64,000 nucleotides of DNA from an uncultured Alphaproteobacteria bacterium (lineage in GTDB: Bacteria > Pseudomonadota > Alphaproteobacteria > Rhizobiales > Xanthobacteraceae), in NCBI GenBank assembly GCA_963744675.1, contig CAVUUO010000002.1:8780-72779 (forward strand), written 5' to 3'. Below the pieces are notes generated by a model. The model was not told the origin of the DNA, ran no database searches, and worked only from the letters and a program-made list of their open reading frames with translations. A program made the position numbers and the translations under genes. How positions within the stretch are numbered: position 1 is the stretch's first letter; each line of letters begins with the position of its first letter. Shown here one piece after another: positions 31,824-40,935 of the stretch.

Positions 31824-34800
31824 AGTCGGAATCTCCGCGATCGGCATGCATCATTGCAAACGGCTCGGCGGATGCGCCCGCCAGCCTCGCATCGCCACCG
31901 AAATAGAGCGCGCGCAACGAACTGAGCGTCGATCCCGTAACCAGCTTTCGCTGCTGATTGCGACGATCCTCACTGCCGCCGTTCTTGATGATGTTGTAGC
32001 AAATCCTCTCGTTGCCCTCGCTCGGATCGATAATCAGCGTCGCTCCGCCGCGAAACCAGAAGAATCCGTTGGCGACATTCGTCCCGTCGAATGCCACGGC
32101 TTGCCGCTGCGTGATCGCCGCCACGACGTTCACGGTATAAATCCCGTCGGGGGAGACCCTGCGCGCCAGTCGAACGCTGTGAACCTCGAATGTGGTATCC
32201 GGCGCCGGCCGCTGCTCCCTGATCGTGCCGTCCTTGTTGAACGCGGGCACGCCCGGCACCAATCCAAATTCGCAATGGAGCTTGGGATTGTTGTCGAAGG
32301 CCTTTTTGAGCCGGCGCCACAGACGCCAGCGATTATCCTCATTCAGCTGGAATATGTCCGACCGGGTGAGATTGCGATTCCATCTGATCACGATTTGATC
32401 GTCATCGCCGAAGCGCTTGTGCTCGACGTCGCCGCGCTTGCTGACCATGCCTCTGACCCAATCGGGCGATGGGTCGTCGGGCGTATTCCACGCCAGCGTC
32501 TGCTCCGACATCGTCCGCATGTCGCGCGGCAGGATATTCCATTTCCGGAACGCCTCCATGAAAGCGACGCGATAGCCGAAGCGATCGTCCTTCACCGCGT
32601 CGAGATCGGCGGTGATCACCGCGCGCAAATAGTCTCCGAAGGTGATGTCGACCGTGGGACAGTAATCGAGCGCGCGGATGCACATGCGCAGGATGTGGCC
32701 GGCCGCCTTGCAGGTTTCCGCGGTCAGCCGCTGCACCAGATCGGGATGAATGGCGCCGGGGGCAAGCAGCCCGCTGCCCCCCGTCGCCAGGCGCACCAGA
32801 TCTTTGGTCCGCCGCTCGACGATCATCCGGAACGCGTCGTAGACCGCGTAGACGAGAATCGAGCCGCGATCGTGCGCGTCCGCCACGTCGGGGTAGTGCA
32901 GGACCTTGGGGTCGGCCTTGACGTAGTTGCGCAGCGGTCCACGCCGGCCGCTGGCCGCGCCGAACTGATTTGCCAGCCCGCCGAGAAGGCCGTCGCGCAT
33001 CAGGTCGCCGCGAACGCGCCCGATTTCGAAGCGCACCAGTTCGGTGATGGTGAAGTGTTGAAACAGCGCGACGATGTCGGCAAATCCCTCATGGAATGCC
33101 GGAACGTCGAGATTCGATGCTTCCTCGAAACGGCGATGCAGGCCGTCAAGCAGCGCGTGCGTCATCTCATGCGCGATGATATCGCTCGACAAGCACGTGA
33201 ACACCATCGATCCGGCCGGCGTTGCGTCGCCCTCGCCGGAGTTCGATTGAAAATAGCCAAGCAGCAGCGCCTTCTTGTCCGGACTGTAATAGGCGTTGTC
33301 GGTCCGCAGCGCATGCGGATAGATTCGCAACCGCGCCACTTCCTTCGGCTCGTGGCCGGCGCCGGACGCAACGTCGTCGCCGCTCGGAATATGGGCCGCC
33401 CACAGCGCCTTGCGGCCGATGGCTTTTTCAAAATGCCCGATGGTCGTCATCGCGACCGCATAGACCATCTGCTGGTGGAATTGCGGATTGCCTTCCGATG
33501 GCGCCCATCCATCCTGAGCCAGCAGTTGCGGATCGTTGAGATCGACTGGATCGTAGACCCTGTTGGAGGCCGGATCGACGTCGACGACTTCGAGATAGCC
33601 GCCGACGGGCCCCGGCTGCAGGTCTTCCCAGGCGACCGGCAGTATCGTCTCATTGACGGCGATCGAGTCGAGGCTTTTACCGACACTCGGATCGAGGGCA
33701 TAGACGCGGAGCCGCCGTTCCGGCGTGGGCGGTTTGCGCATCTTTCGTTTGATCGGCTCGACGCTTCTTTCCGGACGGGAGCCCGTCGCAACCGTGGCCT
33801 TGCGCCCGAGCAGGGTTTGCAACACCGCGGCAAGCGGCTTTGACGGATTTCCTTCGTCGAGAGCGGCTTCCAGGTATCGGTTCCGGGCGGCCGGGGAGAT
33901 GCTCTGCGCCGGCCGGCCGGGATCGTCGATGGCTTCATCGATCTTGCGGACGCGCTGCGCCATCTGCGTCAATTCAAGCGCCAGCATCGTCTTACGTTGC
34001 GGCGACAGCATTCCGCTGCCAATTCCGAAGCTGACGCCGCCTCCAAAAAGCGTGTTGAGCCAGGACCACGAGGCCTGCGCCGGCGGCAGCTTGGTGAGGT
34101 CATGTTCGGCCGGCGGCCGGATCGCCAGCGCAGCATCCGCCCGCAACACGCCCTGCCCGATTTTCTCCCTGGTTTCAGCTTCGTCCATATGGGCCGTTGA
34201 TTTCTGGGCGCTGCGGAACAGCGCCTGCCGAACCGCCTCCACGCGCATCCATGGCTGGGAATACCGATCGACGCTGTCCCAATGCTCGGCCAGCCAAAGC
34301 GCGGCCGCCGCCGCGATCTGCGCCGTCGACGCCGAAGTCCCCCGCCCGTTCATGTCGACAACTTTTCCGCAGCCGATCTGGGCCCAGGGAACGTTGGGCG
34401 TGTAGGCGCCGAGTGCCGTCTCCATTTTTTCCGAGGGACCGTAATTGCCTTGCAACGTTCCGGCGTCGAGGTCCGCATAGGCATGACCGTCGGCCATGAC
34501 GCCGCACGCGGCGAGGACGCGCTTGAGCCGCGCCGGAAAGACAATCGATTTGGGGGATGGCACCCAGGCATAGTTATTTCCGGCGGCGGTCACCATTACG
34601 AGGCCGGCGTCGTATGCGACGTTTACCGCGTCGACCAAGGCCTGCGACGAGAGTCCTCCCATGCTCATCGACAATACGTGGGCGCCTTTCGCACGCGCGT
34701 GATCGAAACCCTGCACCATCGTGCTGATCGTGAAGCGCACGACCCAGTCAGCGATCCGGACCGCAACGATCTTCGCCGTCGGCGCGGCGCCTACAAAGTC

Positions 34801-35554
34801 AACAAAACCGCTCCAACCCGGCGAGGTGCCGTCCAGTTTGTTGCCCGCGAGCAGGCTCAGCGTGCCGGTGCCATGCCCACGACTGCGCATGAACTCCATG
34901 CCGGCCGGCGTGTGGTCGGACGCGTCGTCGACCGGAAATCCATCGTCGACGAAATTGCGCTGCAGATCCCGGCCGGCGAGATTGACCGGGCGGGTGATGT
35001 GGTCGGGATCGAAACCCGTGTCCAAATGCGCGATCATGATCGCGGCGAGCTTGTCGCCAACCCGCTCCCGGGCCGTTTTGAGTTCGCTGAAGTCCTTGCC
35101 GGAATTCCATGCCAGACCGGGACCGGCGACTTGGCGGCCGGCCTCGTCCTGGGGATCAAAAGCGCAGAATTTCTCCTTGTCGACAGCGGCGCTGTCTTTC
35201 GCCGGAGCATCGTCCGAGCCATCCTTGTGCAAGATTGGGCTCGATCGCCTCGATATTGCCGGTTCCGGCAGCCGCAAAAGCCGCTCCGGGAGCCAGCAGG
35301 CGGTGCGCCGCGTCCCACGGATGATCCGTGTCCGTGATTGTTCCGCCAACGCTGAGCCAGGTCGCCGCCTGACTTGCGGACAGCCCCATCGCCGGCTCTC
35401 CCGGCTGTGCGGGCACGCGCAGGATCGGTTTGATCTCGACGGAGGCGGCGCCGAATGCAGTTGCGGCGGCGGTCGCAAAGGCCTTTCCGTCGCCGCGAAC
35501 TTTCACGAGCAATCCAGAGAATTCCGGCAAGCGCGCCTCCAGAGTCGGATGCAT
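31816..35554 (-). CDS. S8 subtilase + thermolysin/M4-like gluzincin fusion (~1245 aa; one extra base near 35215)
   Basis: S8 triad HLDTG / GHGTGT / GTSAS plus AAGNN; metalloprotease NAYY, AHEMTH, HEGFAD. The N-terminal 35156-35560 frame joins after one indel. No signal peptide. Confidence 0.88.
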
Positions 35555-35927
35555 CGGCACGGTTGAAAATGGACTTAAAAAACCGGTACCCGGGTGCAGG
35601 CTTTCGCCGAGTTTTCCTAAAATGCACTCGAATGATACTCGGGACGGCAGTCTACTTAAGGTTATATGGAGGCGTCCAGAAGGATTGTTCCGCCGGATAT
35701 CCGAAACGGCTCGCCGCCCGACGTCGAACTCGCCAATCGCATTCTGCTAGAGCCGCGCGATCTGCCGACAAGAATAGCCGCGTTGTTCGATACGCAACCC
35801 GCGCGCAATTGCCGCAACCCGTCCGGATTTGCCACTTCCGGGAGTGGAAGCATGGAATTGTGCGGAATATTGAAGTGTGGTCATCTGTCGGTGAAATTCG
35901 CTTGCTCTGCGGCTCGAGAGGCTAGGT

Positions 35928-38900
35928 ATGCAATGCGCGCGGTGCGGAGGCCGGAACAAGGCCAGCAACGACTATTGCGAAAGCTGCGGCGCGCCGCTCG
36001 GCATCAAGTGCGACGCCTGTCATCACGTCAACGGTCCGACCAGCCGCTTTTGCGGACAATGCAGCGCCGCGCTGGCGCCGGCATCGGCGGCGACCGCCGA
36101 TCCATCATCGCAGCAAATCCTGCGGTCGCTTAGCAGCAAGGGCGGAGAACGCAAGCGCCTCACGGTGCTATTCGCGGACATCCGCAATTCAACCAGCCTG
36201 ATTGACAGCCTGGGCGACCCCGAGCTCGGCATGCGGCGTCTGGAGCCGGTGCTCAATCTCATGAAGGATGCCGTCCATCGTTACGACGGTATCGTCAACA
36301 AGACGCAGGGCGATGGCGTCATGGCGCTGTTCGGCGCGCCACGTCCTCATGAGGATCACGCGGTTCGCGGCTGCCTTGCGGCTTTGGCGATGCAGGACGC
36401 CATTGCCAGGCTTGACGACGCCAACCTGCAGATCCGCGTCGGCGTGCATACCGGCGAAGTGGTCGTTCAGACGGTCGAAAACAGTATCTACCAGACCTAC
36501 GATGCGGCCGGCGCCAGCGTACATCTGGCAAACCGGATGGAGCAGATGGCCGATGTCGGCTGCATCCTCATCACCGGAGACACCTACGCGGCGGCCAGGC
36601 AATTCGTGGAAGTCGCTCCGCTTGGCATGCAGACGGTTCGCGGTATCGCAGCACCCGTCGAGACGTTCAAGCTGACCGGACTGCTGAATGCGCCAGCGAG
36701 CGGAGTTTTCCGCAGCGGACGCCGCCTGACCTCCCTGATCGGACGAAGCGACCAGTTTGCCGCGCTCGAACTCGAACTTGCGAATACCGTGAACGGCGAC
36801 GGGCGGGTGGTCGGCGTTGTCGGGGAAGCCGGCATTGGCAAGAGCCGCCTCTGTTTCGAATTTGCCGACAATTGCCGGCGGCAAGGCATTCGGGTTTTCG
36901 AAGGGCGCGTGCTGGCGCACGGACGCGCGACGCCTTTTCAGCCAGTGCTGGAGCTTCTGCGCGATTTCTTCGGCATTCGGGTCAAGGACTCGGTTGACAT
37001 GTCGCGCCAGCGCGTCACCGACCGCTGCGCGACGCTGTCGGCGTCGGAGCAGGTGCTGCTGCTGTTGCTGGAGTTTCTCGGCCTCGCCGATCCCGCGCGC
37101 ACCGCGCCCAAGCTCGATCCCCGGACGCGGAAAATACAGCTGCTGGAGTTTGTCAGGACGCTGGCGCGTTCCGGTCCGCGCGACACCGCGACCATCGTGC
37201 TGATCGAGGATTTGCACTGGATCGACGCGGCGAGCGAAGAGTTCGTCGAGGCTCTGGCCGACGCGGTGCTGGGGACGACGACGCTTCTGATCGTTAATTT
37301 CAGGCCGGGCTTCAACGCTTCCTTCATGCAGCGCTCGCATTACCGGCAGATCGTCATGCCTCCGCTCGCCTCGGAGCAGGCCCATCTGTTGCTGCGGGAG
37401 CATTTCGGCGAGGATGCTTCGCTGGCATTGCTCAGCCGCAACATCATCGAGCGCGCGCAAGGCAACCCGTTCTTCCTGGAGGAACTCGTCAATGCGATCG
37501 CCGAACGCGGCGACTTCGAAGGCGAGCGAGGCGCGTACCGGCTGAAGGGCGGAATCGACACCATCCCATTGCCGACGACCGTGCAGGCCGTGGTCGCGGC
37601 GCGTATCGACCATCTCGACGAAATCGCCAAGCAGGTTCTGGAGACGGCCTCCGTGATCGGCCGCGTGGTTTCGCTATCGATTCTGGAACGGGTCGCCGCG
37701 CTGCCCCGCGACGAATTGTCGGAAGCCATCTGGCATCTCCGGCAAGCGGAATTGCTTTACGACTTGCCGCCCTACGACCATGGGCTGCACGCGTTTCGTC
37801 ATCCCCTGATCCAGGAGGTGGCCTATCGGTCGCTGTTGCATGAGCGCCGCCGCGATCTTCACGGCCTGGTCGCGCGGGCAATGGAAACGCTCTTCAAGGA
37901 CCAGGCCGACGAGCAAGCCGGCCTTTTGGCCTATCATCTCGAGCAGGCCGGCGAGACCATCAAGGCGGCGCAGCAGAATGTGCGCGCGGCGATCTGGGTC
38001 GGCGCCAACGATCCGGCCCAGGCGTTGCGGAGCTGGAAAAAGGTGCGCGAACTGCTGCTGGATCAGCCGGCCTCGCCGACAACGAACTACCTACGAATGA
38101 TGGCCTGCGGCCAGATCGTGAATTTTGCCTGGCGCGAGGGAATCCCGGCCGACGACGCCAAGGTCTATTTCGAGGAAGCCAGCCAACTGGCCGTCTCCCT
38201 CAGCGACATGCGGGCCAATGCATTGATCAGCGCCGCCTACGGCCGGATTTTGGCAAATGGCGGATCGGCGGACGAATATGTCGAACGGACGCGGGAGGCC
38301 ATGGGCCTTGCCGAAGCCGGAACCGACGCAAGCGTCCAGATTACCCTCAAGGCGATCCTGTGCCACGCGCTGCGGACGTCGGGCCGGATGGCCGAGGCGC
38401 TTCAGATGAATACCGAGGCGATGGACCGCGCGCACGAGATCGTCAAATTCGACCGCCAGACGCTCGGCTTCGACATCGAGGTATGGCTGACGGCGATGCG
38501 CGGGCAAACCCTGGCGATTTTGGGCCGATACGATGAAGCCCGTCCCTTTCTCGATCGCGTGCTGCAACTGGACGAAGGGCACGTCGATGCGATCCACCAT
38601 GTCATACCAAGTCTTGCTTACGTCGATATCGCCTGGGCCGAAGGCAATCCCGTTCTGGCGCAGACCCACGCGGAACGCGCGTTTTCGCTCGCGCTGAAAA
38701 GCGGCAATCCTTATCTGCGGGTTTATGCGCAGGCCTGTCGCGGGCTGGCTCAGACCATCGCCGGCCAACTCGGTGCCGCCATCGATGACCTTTCAGGCGC
38801 CCTGCGCTTTGCACGATCGCGCAAGGCCGGCCTTGAAAACGAGGCTCGTATTCTTGCCGATATGGCAAACGCCTACCGGCTCAATGGCGACATTGCTTCC

Positions 38901-39164
38901 GCCCTGACAACCGTCGACGAGGCGATCAAGGTCGCGACCGCCCGTCATGCCCGTTTTCCGGAATGCCTCGCCCGCATCGTGCGCGGGGATATCCTGTCGC
39001 AATCGAAATCCGGCGATCAAAGAGCCGCGGCATCCGAGGAGCGAAACCGCGCCGAAGCCCTGATGCGGGAAACCGGCGCATTCATTTTCGAACGATTTTT
39101 CAAGGGCGCCGAATCCGGGACAAAAACGCCGATGTCGCGGCAAATGCCTCCGTTCGCGTCCTGA
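35928..39164 (+). CDS. Double zinc ribbon + class III nucleotidyl cyclase + STAND ATPase + TPR protein
   Basis: Four CxxC pairs, VLFADIRNST, KTQGDG, RVGVHTG, Walker A GEAGIGKS, Walker B IEDLHW, GNPFFLEE, FRHPLIQEVAY, helical repeats. Confidence 0.92.
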   Translation: MQCARCGGRNKASNDYCESCGAPLGIKCDACHHVNGPTSRFCGQCSAALAPASAATADPSSQQILRSLSSKGGERKRLTVLFADIRNSTSLIDSLGDPELGMRRLEPVLNLMKDAVHRYDGIVNKTQGDGVMALFGAPRPHEDHAVRGCLAALAMQDAIARLDDANLQIRVGVHTGEVVVQTVENSIYQTYDAAGASVHLANRMEQMADVGCILITGDTYAAARQFVEVAPLGMQTVRGIAAPVETFKLTGLLNAPASGVFRSGRRLTSLIGRSDQFAALELELANTVNGDGRVVGVVGEAGIGKSRLCFEFADNCRRQGIRVFEGRVLAHGRATPFQPVLELLRDFFGIRVKDSVDMSRQRVTDRCATLSASEQVLLLLLEFLGLADPARTAPKLDPRTRKIQLLEFVRTLARSGPRDTATIVLIEDLHWIDAASEEFVEALADAVLGTTTLLIVNFRPGFNASFMQRSHYRQIVMPPLASEQAHLLLREHFGEDASLALLSRNIIERAQGNPFFLEELVNAIAERGDFEGERGAYRLKGGIDTIPLPTTVQAVVAARIDHLDEIAKQVLETASVIGRVVSLSILERVAALPRDELSEAIWHLRQAELLYDLPPYDHGLHAFRHPLIQEVAYRSLLHERRRDLHGLVARAMETLFKDQADEQAGLLAYHLEQAGETIKAAQQNVRAAIWVGANDPAQALRSWKKVRELLLDQPASPTTNYLRMMACGQIVNFAWREGIPADDAKVYFEEASQLAVSLSDMRANALISAAYGRILANGGSADEYVERTREAMGLAEAGTDASVQITLKAILCHALRTSGRMAEALQMNTEAMDRAHEIVKFDRQTLGFDIEVWLTAMRGQTLAILGRYDEARPFLDRVLQLDEGHVDAIHHVIPSLAYVDIAWAEGNPVLAQTHAERAFSLALKSGNPYLRVYAQACRGLAQTIAGQLGAAIDDLSGALRFARSRKAGLENEARILADMANAYRLNGDIASALTTVDEAIKVATARHARFPECLARIVRGDILSQSKSGDQRAAASEERNRAEALMRETGAFIFERFFKGAESGTKTPMSRQMPPFAS

Positions 39165-39336
39165 TCGGCTGATTGACGCCCTGCGGCGAGGATGCCGAAG
39201 ATTTCCGCACCGTCACCATCAAGCAATCGGTAACCAAGCTCGGCCTCGCAGGCCGATCGATACAATTTGAACGATCAATTCAACGCGCGGACAAAAGCTT
39301 TTTGACAAGGTGGCTCCTGAACGAGGGAGAACACCC

Positions 39337-39516
39337 ATGAGCGAAATTGAATTCGACCGACTGCTGGATGCCGTGCGGACGGCGATTGCACCGGTTCCTC
39401 AGTTCGGTTTTGCGGATCTGCCGCTGGCCTTCGATGCGCCGCCGCTTGCCGCCAACGACAATCAGCTGGCTTGGCCGTTCGTCGCCTTTCCCGAAGGCTG
39501 GTGCGCGTCCTGTTGA
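39337..39516 (+). CDS. Small protein (59 aa) with AANDN and WPF..FPEGW motifs
   Basis: GAGGGAGA RBS before ATG 39337; the motif pattern resembles small rhizobial hypothetical proteins (from memory). Confidence 0.65.
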   Translation: MSEIEFDRLLDAVRTAIAPVPQFGFADLPLAFDAPPLAANDNQLAWPFVAFPEGWCASC

Positions 39517-39581
39517 ATTTTCAGGGCGGTCGGCCGGCTCTTTAGCTTTCTTAAGCAATTGTCATAAGCCGCTGATTGGAC

Positions 39582-39950
39582 TCAAGAAGGCTTGACCTCC
39601 ATCAACTCGATCCGGTTTCCAAACGGGTCATCGACAAAGATCCGCTCATAACCCTGCAGCGGGCGGTCATGAGCGACCGCGTATCCGGCATCTGTCAAAA
39701 CCGCGGTCAATCCCGCCAGATCATCCACGATGAAGGCCGGATGCGCTTTTCGCGCCGGCGCGAAATTCTTCTCGACGCCGAGATGAACCTTCAAATCGCC
39801 GGCCTCGAACCAGCAGCCACCCCGCGCGGCAAGGTCCGGAGGCTTCACCGCCTCCGGAATTCCGAGAATGTCCTGGTAGAATTTCCGGGCGTCGCCCTCC
39901 CTGCCGGCAGGCATGGCGAGCAGGATATGATCCAACCGGCGAACGGGCAT
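39582..39950 (-). CDS. VOC/glyoxalase-family protein
   Basis: LDHILLAMP, GGCWF, KAHPAF, DDPFGNRIELME. Confidence 0.88.
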   Translation of the reverse strand: MPVRRLDHILLAMPAGREGDARKFYQDILGIPEAVKPPDLAARGGCWFEAGDLKVHLGVEKNFAPARKAHPAFIVDDLAGLTAVLTDAGYAVAHDRPLQGYERIFVDDPFGNRIELMEVKPS

Positions 39951-40025
39951 CGCACCCTTGCTCCGACCTTGCTCCAACCCTGGCGAGGCAACTTGGTTGT
40001 CGTCGCAACTATTTGATATTGTTGG

Positions 40026-40099
40026 TGGAGGCCACGACCAGAATTGAACTGGTGTACACGGTTTTGCAGACCGTTGCGTAACCACTCCGCCACGTGGCC
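40026..40099 (-). tRNA. tRNA-Cys(GCA)
   Basis: Reverse complement GGCCACG TGGCGGAGTGGTTACGC A ACGGT CTGCAAA ACCGT GTAC ACCAG TTCAATT CTGGT CGTGGCC TCCA. Confidence 0.97.
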
Positions 40100-40111
40100 C
40101 CATCGCCGAAC

Positions 40112-40140
40112 CTCATATACGCCGCAGCCTCGATAGGCAA
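40112..40140 (-). promoter_or_regulatory. Putative sigma70 promoter of tRNA-Cys
   Basis: TTGCCT-N17-TATGAG on the minus strand just upstream of the tRNA. Confidence 0.4.
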
Positions 40141-40151
40141 CCGAGGCCCGC

Positions 40152-40883
40152 TCAGGCATGTTTGCGGCGGCGGTAATCGCGTTTCGGCCTGGCTTTTGCG
40201 GCGAGTTCCGGCATCGCGGCCTGCGCCTCGCGATACCTGGCCAGCATCCGCTCGAAACCCGCATTCAGCGTCGCCTCGATATCGGGGCGTTTCTCGAGGG
40301 CGGCGAGCAGCACGGCGGCAGCCTCGATGGTCGACAGTCCGTCGCGGCGCGGCTCGCGGCGCAGTTTGCCATAGAGCGAGGGTCTTGGCGGACCAAGGAT
40401 GACGCGCCGGCATTTCAGCATCCAGGCGTTGCGCCACCACAGCGCCTTGGCCTGGCTCCAGGTGCCATCCAAAAGCACGATGCCTTCGATGTCTTTCAGA
40501 ATCCCGCGCTGATTGTCTTCGGCCTCGCCCTTGCGGTTGATGGCGACGACCTCGCGGTCGGTTTCAAGGTCGGCAACCCTAGCGGAGCCGAGATAAAGCA
40601 CCGCCCAGCGCTGGGGATCCTGCACCGGACGCCCCAACGCCTTGGACAGGCTCGGCCATGACAGCCCGATTTTGAGCACCGCGTTCTTGAAATGCAGCGC
40701 CAGCAGCCGCGCGGTCCCGAGCGCCCGGTCCTGCTCCTGCGGATGCTGCAGGATCAGCAGCGCGATGCGGTTGTCGATCGGCGTGATGCTGGAGCAGATG
40801 CACAAGGGCTGCGGCTTGTGGCAACTTGGACAATCGGGAATCGCCTCCGCCGCGGCGGTCTCCGGTGCAGGATGTTTGGACAT
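40152..40883 (-). CDS. DTW-domain tRNA-uridine aminocarboxypropyltransferase
   Basis: CxxC...CxC, LQHPQE, LDGTWSQA, LSTIEA. Confidence 0.9.
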   Translation of the reverse strand: MSKHPAPETAAAEAIPDCPSCHKPQPLCICSSITPIDNRIALLILQHPQEQDRALGTARLLALHFKNAVLKIGLSWPSLSKALGRPVQDPQRWAVLYLGSARVADLETDREVVAINRKGEAEDNQRGILKDIEGIVLLDGTWSQAKALWWRNAWMLKCRRVILGPPRPSLYGKLRREPRRDGLSTIEAAAVLLAALEKRPDIEATLNAGFERMLARYREAQAAMPELAAKARPKRDYRRRKHA

Positions 40884-40935
40884 GGCCCGCTATACGCTTC
40901 GCAGGCCCGCGCTTCAATAACTCAGGCGCACGCCG

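Larger units (their letters stand above)
24832..40025. other. Accessory (putative defence) region between convergent tRNA-Asn and tRNA-Cys 3' ends
   Basis: Non-core gene content (TIR, SLOG, ABC ATPase, protease, MBL, STAND) flanked by core genes; no integrase or att repeat seen. Confidence 0.7.

Noticed and set aside
31663-33843. 726-aa plus-strand ORF and other long antisense ORFs (e.g. 1334-2737, 57900-59546)
   Set aside because: Shadow ORFs opposite real high-GC genes; no recognisable motifs.
24832-40025. Prophage, ICE or IS element with att sites
   Set aside because: No integrase, transposase or phage genes, and no repeat of either tRNA 3' end found by eye.
40026-40883. DTW enzyme dedicated to the adjacent tRNA-Cys
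   Set aside because: This tRNA-Cys has a 4-nt variable loop lacking the usual position-47 target; adjacency alone is not evidence.
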